Assembly (NCBI GenBank): GCA_965112735.1
Contig: OZ218953.1
Span: 2,666,001 to 2,730,000, forward strand
Direction of reading: 5' to 3'
Source of the DNA: Phaeosaccion multiseriatum
Lineage: Eukaryota; Protista; Ochrophyta, other classes
Length of the DNA stretch: 64,000 bases
Part shown: positions 12,201 to 24,640 of the stretch, one piece after another
Numbering within the stretch: the first letter of the stretch is position 1
Layout of the letters: every line of letters begins with the position of its first letter
The notes under the pieces: model-generated
Database searches by the model: none
The model's input: the letters and a program-made list of their open reading frames with translations, nothing else
Told to the model about the DNA's origin: nothing
Made by a program: the position numbers and the translations under genes

Positions 12201-13149
12201 ACAAGCGGTGTTCGCGACTCTGTGGTCAATCAGATCCTCTCCAAGATGGACGGCCTCACGGGCTTGGAGAACATCCTTGTGAGTGAGCGGAAACCACCAT
12301 CGGGGGATGGCTCCTGCCTTCGCCCCTTTGAACTTTTGTCGTGCCCTTTTGTCTTGTGCGATTTCTTGGTTCCTTTTTGATTTGTCGTTGACTCTCTCTC
12401 GCTGACCTTCTCTATTCCGTTTTTGTCTCTTATCGCTCTCTCCCCTCTTTCTGTAACCGTCGGGCGGGGGGGGGGCGTGCGTGCGTCACAGGTGATTGGC
12501 ATGACCAACAGGAGGGAGCTCCTCGACGCGGCTTTAACACGCCCTGGCCGTTTCGAAGTGCAGATGGAGGTGAGGCTGGGTCTCCTTGCGAGAAGGCCGG
12601 GGGAGGGGAGGGGAGGGAGCAGGGCTAGAGATCGGGGCAGAGCTCGAAAGTGCGTGTGCGGCCGCGAAGCACTCTTGTCTCCGGGTCTCTCCCTCTCTCC
12701 CTCTCTCTCCTTCCTCTCTCTCTCTCTCTCTCTCTCCCTATCCCTCCTCTCCCCTCTTCTCTCTTTCTCCATCTCATCTCTCTCCCCCTCTCGTAAGCCC
12801 AACAATACATCGATCCAAATGCATGTCCCTGCCCCTGGCCCTCACCCTTCTGACTGAAAAACTGCCATCATCATACTCTTTGGTCCTTTGTGCCCCTGCC
12901 GTGTGTATGGGTACCCCCCGATACCCAAAACGCCCCTCCCCCTTCGATTAGGTCCCACTCCCGCACCTCAAGGGAAGGACACAAATCCTCCAGATCCACC
13001 TCCGAGCGGCGACAGAGGCGGGGCTGCTCGGGGAGGGCGTAGAGTTGTCACAGTTGGCGGTGGAGACAGAGGGTTATAGCGGGGCGGATCTGGCAGGGCT
13101 GGTGAGGTCGGCCGTCAGCTTTGCCATCGCGAGGTGGCAGGAGGGCAGA

Positions 13150-13183
<34 letters not shown>

Positions 13184-13611
13184 GGCAACAGCAACAGGAG
13201 CGGCAGGAAGAGGAGCAGGACGAGGAGGAGGAGGAGGAGGAGGAGGAGGAGGAGGAGGAGGAGGAGGAGGAGGAGGAGGAGGAGGACGGAGGTAGGGGGG
13301 ATGTCGGCATGCCCACGAGTGTCGCGGAGGAGGGCTCGGATTTGCCTTGGAATGGGGCAGGAAGGGGGGGAAAGGCGGTGGTGGTGGAGAAGAGCGACTT
13401 TGCAGCGGCGCTGAAAGAGGTGCGGCCAAGCGTGGACGCCGCTGCCGCCGAGAGCGAGGGACAGGCTCATCACGAAGCTCACAAGGGAAGGAGGAGGAAG
13501 AACGTGAAGCGAGAGCTCCGCGCCTTGAAGCACAGGCTGTTCAACGAGATCAAGCGAAGGAGAGAGGCTAATGGTGCTGGTAATGGTGCTGGTGGCGGAC
13601 GTGCGGGATGA
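9261..13611 (+). CDS. NSF/Sec18-like AAA+ ATPase (single D1-type domain) with a non-canonical N-terminal region and putative bipartite presequence
   Basis: [30 protein letters not shown] (Walker A), [23 protein letters not shown] (Walker B), [36 protein letters not shown] (SRH) and [13 protein letters not shown]. Upstream exons from 9261 splice in frame. Confidence 0.8.
13151..13286 (+). repeat. Coding (CAG)n/(GAG)n tracts (poly-Q, poly-E) in the NSF-like gene
   Basis: Directly visible trinucleotide runs inside ORF 13045-13611. Confidence 0.9.
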
Positions 13612-14105
13612 GCAGAGCATCAGCAGCGCAATATAATCGATAGATGGATAGAGGGATTTGTTATTAGATGGAGTTTTTTTATAATTAAATTAAATTTTTT
13701 AATTTACGAAGGACCATGTGAGAAGGTAGACCCAGCGAATCCTTTTGCACGCAGAGCCTGTTCTACTGGCCCCGGACACAGAGTCTTTCACAATCGTAAT
13801 AAATGCACAACCCTAAATACACTGAGCGGACAAAACCTTTACTGTACCAGCACACAATAATAAAAAAAAATTCTCTTCCTCTCTCTCTACTCCTTTTCCT
13901 TTGATTGCCGCTCACCTCCTAAATGTTCTGCAGCTGAATGGGTGTCCGCGCCTGAGCTCTTTGCTCAGGAACCCCCCTCTGGTTGGTCATCTCCGCTCTC
14001 TCACTATCTATCCCAAACAATTCAGCCCCTCTATCTACATCGTCGACTTCTTGTGCCATTGCCATACTGCCATTGTTGGGAAGGGAAAGGCATACCGCTT
14101 TGGTT

Positions 14106-14643
14106 TCAAGAGGCAGAAGATACCACAACAATGGTCAGATATAAGATGACAAGATAGTTGCTAAGGGTGACCATCAAGATAGGGGTTCTAGGACCACTCC
14201 TTGCGCCCCCATTTCCGGCCAACCAGATCACAGGATAGAAGGCACGCGCCACGACGTAGAACCAGCCTGCAAACACGACACTTGATACGCTCCTCCACCC
14301 TGCTGTCTCCTTATCACCCAGGAGAGCAAGGGCTCCCCAGAACATGGTGAGGAAGGGTAGCGACTGCTCGTGGAGATTCCCCACCGCGCGGTCCCATCCG
14401 AGCAGGGTCTTGTCGGTGTTGTTGTAGTACACGTTTGTCTGGGGGTGGAAAAGAAGAGGTGGATGGTTTTGGGTGGGAAACGACACGTGCTATGCTTCGC
14501 CTTCTCACCTTCACTCCATCCTTCTTGGCTTTCCTCTTGTGCAAGATCTTGTTCCCGGCTTGACAGACGATGAAAATGTAGTAGATGAGGATGAGGGCGG
14601 TAGTGACCAAGCACCCGCTCTTGAGAGAGGAATCAGTCAGCAT
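14106..14643 (-). CDS. MAPEG-family membrane protein (2 exons)
   Basis: N-terminal TM (LVTTALILIYYIFIVCQAG), DRAVGNLHEQSLPFL and GWFYVVARAFYPVIW, matching the MAPEG RxxxNxxE and WxxxRxxY pattern. Confidence 0.75.
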
Positions 14644-14961
14644 GTTGCTATCGTATCCTTTGCAGAAAGCAATGCTTTTGTATTGTGTGCAGCACACTTT
14701 CTTCCTCCTTGTTTCAATTGAGCAAGTCTGGTGATGATGGATGAATTAATACGCTTTGCCGTGGCAATGAAGAGCGAGGATCATCGTAGCACCAACGCCT
14801 TGCCGTCGTCGTCAACCCCCAAATCATGAAAATTGAAAATGAAAATCCCAAATCCGCCGAAGAAAAATCAATGTCCCGCTGAGTAAGCAGGACTCTCGCA
14901 CCCTCTTCTTCCTCTCCTCCCTCCTCTATGCGCAGCAGGGACGTGCTGACTCAGCCCGAAC

Positions 14962-15959
14962 ATGGGAATAGGAAAAAGACAGCTCCCACCCCTCCCTCAC
15001 CTAGGTTACTACGTCGTCTGTGGCCTTTCCTTTATGATGGCAGTGGTGAGTGAGGAGGCAAGAGGTCACTGGAATGTATCTTTCTCTCTCTATCTACCTC
15101 TCTCTCTCTCTCTCTGTCTCTCTCTGTTCTCTCTCTCTGTCTCTCTCTCTCTCTCTGTGCCTCTCTCTCTTTCCCTCTTTCGCTCTCTAATGTACCCTCT
15201 CTGCGTCTCTAACCGTTTCTATCTCTCCCTAAACCCAGTGGACACTCCATTTTCGGAGTCACTTTGTAGGGAGTTGGGTAATAAAGCGTTTCCCCGCTCT
15301 CCAACCCCCTAAGATGGACCTTCCGGTGACCTACGAGAACGGAGAGCCTATGAACGCCAAGTACGCCGCTTCGCCAGGTGTGTAAGCAGGGATTGAACGA
15401 GGCGGGGACTCATCTTGCCCTTCCACCGTCCGTGATTGTGAGCCGACGATAACCCCCCCCCCCCCTTCTGCTCAACTCAGTGTCAAGATGGCTTCATATG
15501 GCTCCAGCAGGGCTATGGTGCGTTCTTGCAGCAGTACAGTTGTCAAGGTGAGAGAGCGGGGAGATTGATCCGTGTGCCCTGGAGTGTGTGTGTGGTCTGA
15601 CCTCTACCCCTAACCCCACCCCTCACCCCCCACCTTTTGTCTGTCTCACTACTCTCCCGCACTCCCACACAAAACTAATGAACAACGCCAGAAAACGACT
15701 CCATCGTTACACGGGTCGCGCGTTCATGCTCTGCTCTCTCTTAATGTGCATCGGCATCGAGGAGATGTGCAGAAAGAAGCTCTTCTTCGCCCCGCCGGAG
15801 CCGCTCGACATCTTCCTCGTCCGCCTCATCAACCTCTACTTCCTATCCAGCGGCCTCATGTGCCTTATCTCAGCCATGAAGGGGGCGTTTGGCGCACACA
15901 GGGCGTGGGCGGCTCGCCACCTGGCTGTCGGCTTCGCTGTCGCAGGTAGAGGTACCTAC

Positions 15960-16012
<53 letters not shown>

Positions 16013-16329
16013 GAGCACACTCCCACTCCCACAAGCTCACTTCACTTCCTTCCTCCCTCCCTCCCCCCCTCCTGTACACTTGCATGCACGAACGCTTCCC
16101 CAACCCGGTCTGCGCAGTCCAACGCTTGTTCGTGATCGCCCACTACATCCTCGATATGCGCAACTGGGACGCCAACGAGAGCGTTAGGCTGCACTGGTTT
16201 TCCTTCCACTTCTATTTCACGCAGGTGCTGTGCATGGCGGTGGTGGAGCTGGGGCTACGGCTGGAGAAGCGAGGGCGAGGGCGAGGAGAGGCATCCGCAG
16301 CAACCCCCACGGGCAAGAAGCTTCTCTAG
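14962..16329 (+). CDS. DUF2306-like predicted multi-pass membrane protein, multi-exon
   Basis: WLHMAPAGLWCVLAAVQL, KRLHRYTGRAF, AHRAWAARHLAVG and VQRLF, the His/Arg pattern typical of DUF2306. The start codon is uncertain. Confidence 0.65.
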
Positions 16330-16374
16330 TAGGGCTCCGGATTCGACCGGACCGACCGTGGCGTATCCAAAGGA

Positions 16375-16426
<52 letters not shown>

Positions 16427-17084
16427 GGGAGAGTGAGAGGTGACGGCATTCGGTCGTCGCCTGCGTCCCCTACGCTCACTAACTGTATGTTGCTGTACAT
16501 ACATTCCTGTACTTTGTTTTTTCGTGAGTAAAATTGAGTAGGTGGAGGACTAAGCCACTAAGCCCCTTCGGCTGATAGGGTGGCGCTGATGAGGACTAAC
16601 CCCCAAACCCCCTTCGGCTGCAAGTTGGGCTGCTGAGGGTGGCCACCGTCCTCCCCCTGCAGGCAGGGGAGGAAAGACAACCCTACCCTCTCTGCGGCCC
16701 CCATCCCAAGTGGCTGTACACTTGTGTGGCATAGGCCCATCGTCCACTCAGCTCCGTTTCTCCGCCCCATCCATCGAGCCATCCATCCAGGCCCTCTCTC
16801 TCTCTCTGGACGAGAAGACGGACAGGCCATGCACCCGCACACCCCCTCCTCCTCGCATAAAGTATTCTACCTTTTTTTTTTTTTTTTTTTTTCATTTTCT
16901 TTTTTTTTCAATAATATAATGCACTAATAAGCAGCTAAAAGAGACAATGGGCAAAGGGCGCAGCAACAAGCTCCTTGCTCGCCCCCAGTTGTCAACCACT
17001 TACCAAAACTATTATCAATCCCTCTGTGACCCCATTAACACCACTTTTTTATCAGCCAACAAAGTGACAACCCCACTACTCTTG

Positions 17085-20000
17085 TTATTTGGAGTACATA
17101 ATCTTGAGGCCGGTGCTGATTGCTAGTGCGAGGGACAGAGACAAGGCCAGGATGAGAGGGCCCAGGCTATCGTCCCACCGTGCTGGCACGCGACTGCTGA
17201 TGCGCTCAGCCCTGGTGGGGGAGAGGGAGAGAGGGAGGGAGGGAGGGAGGGGAGGAGAGAGGGGAGGAGGGAGGGAGGCAAGGAAGGAGGAAAGGAGGTG
17301 AGAGTGAGGCCCAGGCTCGGGGACCAAACAAGCTCTACTCGGCGACGCGAAGAACCTGACTTATGATTGATGGGAGAGAGAAAGCCCACACGGCGCCGTG
17401 TGACACCGCTCTTGAAGGGGAGGGACACATCAATCATGCTTCGGCCAAAAGGACCTCATCCGCACCGCATGTAGTACACACACACACACTCGCGCACACA
17501 CACACGCGCCCACACACACACACACCGGGATACCCACACCTACACACGCCCATACACCCATACAACACTCTCTCACACGCACACGCACACGCCCTCCTTC
17601 TCCGCTCCCTCTTGCTCCTATAACCCTCCACCCTCCTCCCTCCTCCCTCCCTCCCTCCCTCCCTCCCTCCCTCTCCTCCTACCCTTCGCCTTACCTCCAC
17701 AAGAAGGTGTACAGTGCGTAGAGTACGAACATGAGCGAGACGGGCAGCACGGCAAGGGCGTAGTACTGAGCAATCGCCTCGTCCTTGGTGAAGGCCAGCA
17801 CTCCCACGGACACGGACGATAGCGTGACGGCCATGTGCAGCCAGTGGATGAAGGTGCGCTCGTTGGCAAAGAACAGCTTCGGCTCCACCTTCTGACCCTG
17901 CAGAGTGAGGAGGAGGAGGAGGAGGAGGAGGGGGAGGAGGAGGGAGGAGGAGGTGGTGGTGATGGTGTGTGCGTGTGCGTGTGTGTGCGCGTGTGTGTGC
18001 GCGTGTGCGTGACGTTGTTGGGCGTGTGGCAGATATTTGGCGAGGGGTTGGAAGGAAGGGGTTGGAAGGGGAAGAAAGGAGGGAAGAGGGATGAAAAAAG
18101 AAAAGCTTAGTCACTAGGGGGCCGAGACGCATGGCCTGCCTTCTTCTATTGGAAGCCTTTCGAGCCCCCCTCCTTCCCACTCGCACTCCTCTTTCCCACC
18201 CCTGCGCTGAGCCCTACGCTCCAGCCCTGCCATATTTGAACTCTTTATGCTCAGTAAGGAGGAAGGCCTGCCCTCCCTTCCCTTCCTCCCTCTGCCCTCC
18301 TCCCCCTCCCTCTCACTCACCCTCATGCGTAAATCCCCCCCGCTACCAAAAGCCCCCAGGCAGCCCGGGTCAAACACGCCGCAGAGCTGACAGCACTGCC
18401 ATCCACTACCATCCTCGTCCTCATCCACCCCACCCTCGCCCCTGCCTCCCCGCCCCCCAAAGTCTGGATTGAAGGTGTACTGATACTGCTTGCTTGACTG
18501 ATTGCTGGACTCCTGTGCCGCCGCTGCTCCTGCTGCTGCTACTGCTGGCGCCTGTGTGGTTATGGCCCCGTTGGTCGCTGCCGAGACACCTCCTCCGTTC
18601 TTCTTGCTCTCCTTCTGCTCCTCCGTGACGCCCCCCTTCCCCTCCTTCCCCTCCTTCTCCCCGTGAACTTTCTGGTAGTGGCTGGCTGCTCGGGCCTGGT
18701 TTTCTGCAGCGATTGCCAGTTGTCGGGTATCCTGCCGCGAGTGCACATGTATGGCATCGGTATCGCCGTCAAAAGAGAACACGTTATGGGAATCAATCAA
18801 TCACTCGACGGTGGTAAGACCAGAGCTGTCAGCAACCACTTGCTTACCCCTTCTGCCGGCTTGGTGAATGGGAGCAGGTGGTTGTACACAGCATTGGCTC
18901 CTTCTCTGTGAGTCAGGAGGTCGGCAGCACCGCTCCGCACAATGCTCTGCTTGATGGAGGCGTCGTCGATCCTGAGGGGAGGAGGAGGAGGACGAGGAGG
19001 AGGAGGAGGAGGAGGAGGAGGAGGAGGAGGAGGAGGAGGAGCGGTGGTAAAGCAAATAGGGAGGGGGACACAAAAGCAGGAGCAGTGTAGTGAATAAAAG
19101 TGAGACATTAGACAGGAGGCCGGCGCAAAAGGAGGAGGAGCGACTTAACAGACAGGCGGGGGAAGGGGGTAAGGCCACCAACACCCCGAGATGAACACCC
19201 CAAGACCAGAGCTTTCACGACCAGAGCAGGGGAGGGAGGAAGGGATGGGAGGAGGGGGGAGGGGAGGGAGGGAGGGGAGGGAGGGGAGGGAGGGGCGGAA
19301 TAGCTCGACCTGCAAGACTTCAGGCAGCCAGGCGAGGGGAGGGAGGGAGAGAGTGAGGAAGGGAGGGAGGGAGAGGGATAGGAGGGAGGGAGAGAGGGAG
19401 GAAGGGAGGGAGGGAGAGAGGGAAGGGAGGGAGGGAGAGAGGGAGGAAGGGAGGGAGGGAGGGAGGGAGGGAGGGAGGGAGGGAGGAAGGGAGGGAGGAA
19501 GGGAGGAAGGGAGGGAGGGAGGGAGGAAGGGGAGGGAGGGAGAGAGGGAGGAAGGGAGAGAGGGAGAGAGGGAGAGAGGGAGGAAGGGAGGGAGGGAGAG
19601 AGGGAGGAAGGGACGGGAGGAGGGGGGAAGGGGAGGGAGGGAGGGGAGGGAGGGGCGGAATAGCTCGATCTGCAAGACATCAGGGAGCCAGGCGAGGGGA
19701 GGGAGGGAGAGAGGAATGGAGGGAGGGAGGGAGGGAGGGAGAGGGATAGGAGGGAGGGAGAGAGGGAGGAAGGGACGGAGAGGGATAGGAGGGAGGGAGG
19801 GAGGGAGAGAGGGAGGGAGGGAGGGAGAGGGATAGGAGGGAGCGATCTGTCTGTGGTGTCTGTGTTGGTGGTTGTGGCGCCTCACCAGTAGGGCACGGCC
19901 TGCACGTCCTCGGAGAGCAGCGTGGCGCATCCGTGCATGAACTTTGAGAACTTGTGCACCTCGTGGAGCATGCCGCTGGGGAGACAAGCGACAAGAGACC

Positions 20001-21935
20001 ACAGGACAGAGACAAGAGACAAGGACAGAGAGACAAAGACAAAGAAGAGAGTGTGTGTGAGAGAGAGAAGCACAGAGGAGGACCGGAGGGAGAGAGAGAC
20101 ACACACAGGCCTGCCCTGCCCTGCCCTGCCCTGCCCTGCCCTGCTCGGGTATACGGGTACGCATGGTACAACTCACCTCTCGCACAAGTCGCGTATCCAG
20201 TCGGGCTGCTCTGACTCGTCCTGTAACTGAAGCTTGACCTCGAGGATGGCGTGAGGGAAGCGTGTGATGGCCGTGTTGGGCACCGGCACTGACGGGTCTC
20301 GGTACCATCTGCAGGGGAGGAGGGGGAAGGGGAAGGGGCAGGGAAAGGGAAAGAGGGAGAGAGAAGAGGAGGGCAGAGCAAAGTAGGTCAGGGCAGATCA
20401 GGGCCGGGTAGGGCATACACCAGGAGGATGGGGACGGGGGGAGGAGGGCACGTAATAGCAACACACCAGGGGGGGGGGGGCGGGGGGCGTAACAATCCAC
20501 CAGGGCCTCCTGCCCACCCGCCGCCCTCTCGCAAGCACTCTCCCTCCTCACATGTGCAGTCCATCCGAGTCTTTGGTGGCTCCGCCCCCCCCCCCCCCCT
20601 TTGGCTCACTGCTCACCCCACGCACCCACACCCACGCAAGTACGTACACACCCACCCACCTGTCGGAGCCGGGGTCTCTATCGTTGATCATGCACAGATT
20701 GGTGTCCAGAGAGACGCGCACTGTGGCGTCGAAGGGGATCTAATGATGTTCAGAGAGAGACCAACAACCAAACGGGGCAGATTCCACAAGTAGGTTGGGG
20801 CGAGTACCGAGAGCAAGACGAGCCCCGAAGGGAAGGGAAGAGAAGGGTGTGGAAGGAATGTGAACATGCGTGTACGTGCCTGGAACGCTGCCCACATGCA
20901 CCGACTCCCCCCCTCCCTCTTTTCCTCCCTCCCTCCCTCCCTCCCTCCCTCCGTCCCTCCCCCTCCCCTTCCCTCCCCTCCCTCTTGTACCTGGAAAGCT
21001 GTCCGCATGTACTGACTCCTCATGGTGGGCACGAGCTGCTTGGATGTGATGGCTTGCAACGTCTCCACCACGAGCTGTCGCCAGTCCAAGATGTCCTCCT
21101 CGCTCTGGCCCTGTTGGTTCATCGTTCATCGTATAACACAGCAAACATCACAAGAGCGATAAGACAGGTACGCTGGCGTGTTGGTCATTCAACACAATAT
21201 CTATCACAAGAGAGTCAAGCTGCCGCCACTCCAAGACGTCTTCCTCTCTCTGGGACTCTTAGCTTCATTGCCCGACACCAACACAACACGACGTTACAAA
21301 ACAGAAGGAGAGGATTGGTGCTTCACTGGCACAACTTCGTGAGTGACTTTAGAGAGAGAGGTGGTTTCACTCAAGGAAACTTTGTGAGAGACTAACCGTG
21401 TATCCCCACTGTTGTCATTGCTTCACTCACCCACCCACCCACCCACCCACCCTCTTGCCCCATCCCCCCCCCCCCCTCGTCACCGTACCCCGTCCCAGCC
21501 CCATCCGACCCCCTCCCCCTCCCCACACACACACAAGCCCCACACTGGCACACCCACAACACACCCACAACACAGCCATGACACAGTCGCAACCCCCCTT
21601 CCACTCGCACCTTGTCTCTAAGCTTCTGCTCCGCCTTGTCCATGTCGTACGTGCCTTTGAGGAGCTTATTGACCTCCTCCTCGCTGACGATGAACCTCTC
21701 CTTGACGCTCTGCTCGCCTGTCCACTTGTCCTCGTGGGTCTTTCGCTCCACAAAGCACACCTGTTTTCGTCGGGCAAATGTTATATTACGCGTTTACCGC
21801 AATGGCACCGCTCCGAGAAGTGTTACATCCATCCATCCTAATCATCATCACCATTATCCAGCCCATCATCGTCATCCATCATCATCATCATCATCATCAT
21901 CAATACCACATCATCATCGTCATCATCAGCCATCA

Positions 21936-21966
<31 letters not shown>

Positions 21967-22047
21967 GTCCTCCATCATCATCATCATCATCATGATCATC
22001 CATCATCATCGTCATCATCAGCCATCACATCATCATCACCATCATCA

Positions 22048-22084
<37 letters not shown>

Positions 22085-22248
22085 CCATTACCACCATCCT
22101 CATCATCATCATCCATCATCATCATCATCACCATTACCACCATCATCATCGTCATCATCAGCCATCACATCATCATCATCATCATCATCCACTACCATCA
22201 TCATCATCATCACCAATACCACCATCATCATCATCATCCATCATCATC

Positions 22249-22280
<32 letters not shown>

Positions 22281-22565
22281 CATCAGCCATCACATCATCA
22301 TCATCATCATCCATCATCATCATCATCACCATCACCATCATCATCATCATCACCATCACCATCATCATCATCATCACCATCACCATCATCATCATCACCA
22401 TCATCATCACCATCATCATCCATCATTACCACACACACCAATGCCTGCCTCACCTTTGGCCCTCCCGCGCCGTACCAGCGCACCCTTAGCGCGATGGCCC
22501 CTGGCGTCTTGTCTAAGCGCCCGTGGTATAGCTCCAGCTAAGGTGCGCACACACGTACACACACA

Positions 22566-22659
<94 letters not shown>

Positions 22660-23905
22660 AGAGAAGAGGGCACAGGGCAGGGCGGCACACAAAGGGAAGG
22701 GAAGAAGGAAGAAGAGGGATGGTGACAGCAAATGGAAGGAACGCGACAGGGAAATGAGAGGGAGGCAGACGGGAGCGGCCTCTCCATTGTTTTGTCTTCC
22801 TTCCGTCGTTGAAGGGTTGAAGCATCGCACTAAACGAGGCCAACTGATGTCCCCTGATACCTCCCAACATACGATGCCATCTGATAACCCTCTGATCCGC
22901 GCCATCTGTGACAACATCTGCTGCCATCCGCGGATTTCTGATGTATCCCACCTACCTGCGGGTTGTCGAGGTAGACGCTGTTGATGAGCTGGCTGTCGGA
23001 CTCGCCGCCCATCTCCTTCTGCAGGAACACGGGAAGGTGCTGCAGGATGGTGTACTTGACCTAAGGGCGGCAAGTAGAGCACAGGAAGGCAGAGGAGAGG
23101 AGGGCACGGGGTCATTGTATTGCTTGTGATACGGAAGGAATGCCTAGTTGATGAACCGACCCATTCCATCGTTCACAGAGAGGGAGAGAGAGGAAAGAGG
23201 GGATGAGGAAAGAGGGCAGAGAGAGAGAGAAGAGAGGAGAGAGAATAGGTGAGAGAGACAGAGAAAAGATAGATAGATAGACAGATATGATAGAAAGATA
23301 GATAGATAGACAGATAGATAGATAGATATAGATAGAGAGGCCTCCCTCACCCCCACACCTCCCCACTCACCTCAGACACGTCCTCCACCCTGACCCAGTA
23401 CTTGCTCGTGGAGCGCACAAAGGACCCCTTGGCGGACGAGTCTGCCTCTCCCTCCTGCAATGGAGTGCAGTGCAGTGCAGTGCAGTGCAGTGTAAGTGCA
23501 CGTGCACGTGCAAGGGCAAGGGCAAGGGTGAGGGGAGCAAGGCAAGATGATTCGACGTCATGGCATTCTCCTCATGAACAGGGGAGAGAGAGAGTAGGAC
23601 GGAGCGGTGGCGGGAGCAGCAGATGGATGGTATATATCCCCTACCATAGCCTACCGCACTACCCCAGTGCCGCACCGCACCTATCATACCCTACTGCCCT
23701 AGTGGCGCACTGCACTACCTGGTCCCCCCTGAGCTGTGCATACAGGTCCGAGAGCGTAACGAGCACATCGCTGTAGTCGCCCCTGACCCAGCTCTGGTGG
23801 TGCAAACGCGACATGTAGAAGGTCTTGCAGGCAGGGGCGTTGGGCAGGTTCTTGTCGTGCTTCTTGAGGATCTGCGGCGGGTGGATGAGCGCGCGCACAC
23901 ACACA

Positions 23906-23938
<33 letters not shown>

Positions 23939-24583
23939 GACAGGACACGACTTCAGTTCAGCTCACCTGCCCCCCCCCTTTCTCTCCCTCTCTCCCCTCA
24001 GCCCCTCCCTCAGTTGACCACCGCCACAGAGCTACCCCACCCACGAGTTCACCAACCCCATCCATTCACACACACACACACCTTGTAGAAGGCCGTGAAG
24101 TTGATGTTGACGTACTTCTCCAACTGGAGGAAGGTGCTCCCTACCACATTCACACGCTCCCGTAGACTCTCCACCTGTGACGCCAGCAGCGCAGGCAGGG
24201 AAACCGTGAATACCATGCTGATTTTCATGCTCCACCAGTGTTTGGCTTCCCTCCCTCCCTTTTCTCCCCTTCCCCTCCCCCTTCTCCCTTCTGCCGACCT
24301 TATCTGGCCCTAAGCCGGTGACGGTGATGGCATCTCGCTTGAGTTTGGCCAGCTCAGCGCGAAGCTCCGTGACTTGAAGGTGCGTGAAGTCCTGGACCTT
24401 CTTGATCTCCTGAGAGGGAGAGAGGGTGAGAGAGAGGAGAGAGATAGAGAGGAGGATGGACAGAAAGAGGGAGACAGAGAGAGAGAGGAGAGGGGACGAG
24501 AGAGAGAGAGGGAGAGAGAGAGGAAAGAGATAGAGAGGAGGAGGGACAGCGAAAGAGGGAGACAGAGAAAGAGGAGAGAAAAC

Positions 24584-24640
<57 letters not shown>

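Noticed and set aside
16585-16680. Hammerhead ribozyme (CTGATGA ... GAAA)
   Set aside because: Stem II is not followed directly by GAAA, and stems I/III with a cleavage triplet could not be formed.
19108-20551. Long Pro/Ser/Leu- or Gly/Arg/Glu-rich ORFs
   Set aside because: Artefacts of the (GGGA)n tract within VTC4 introns.
21778-22725. 315-aa poly-His/poly-Ile ORF
   Set aside because: Translation of the (CAT)n satellite, antisense within a VTC4 intron.
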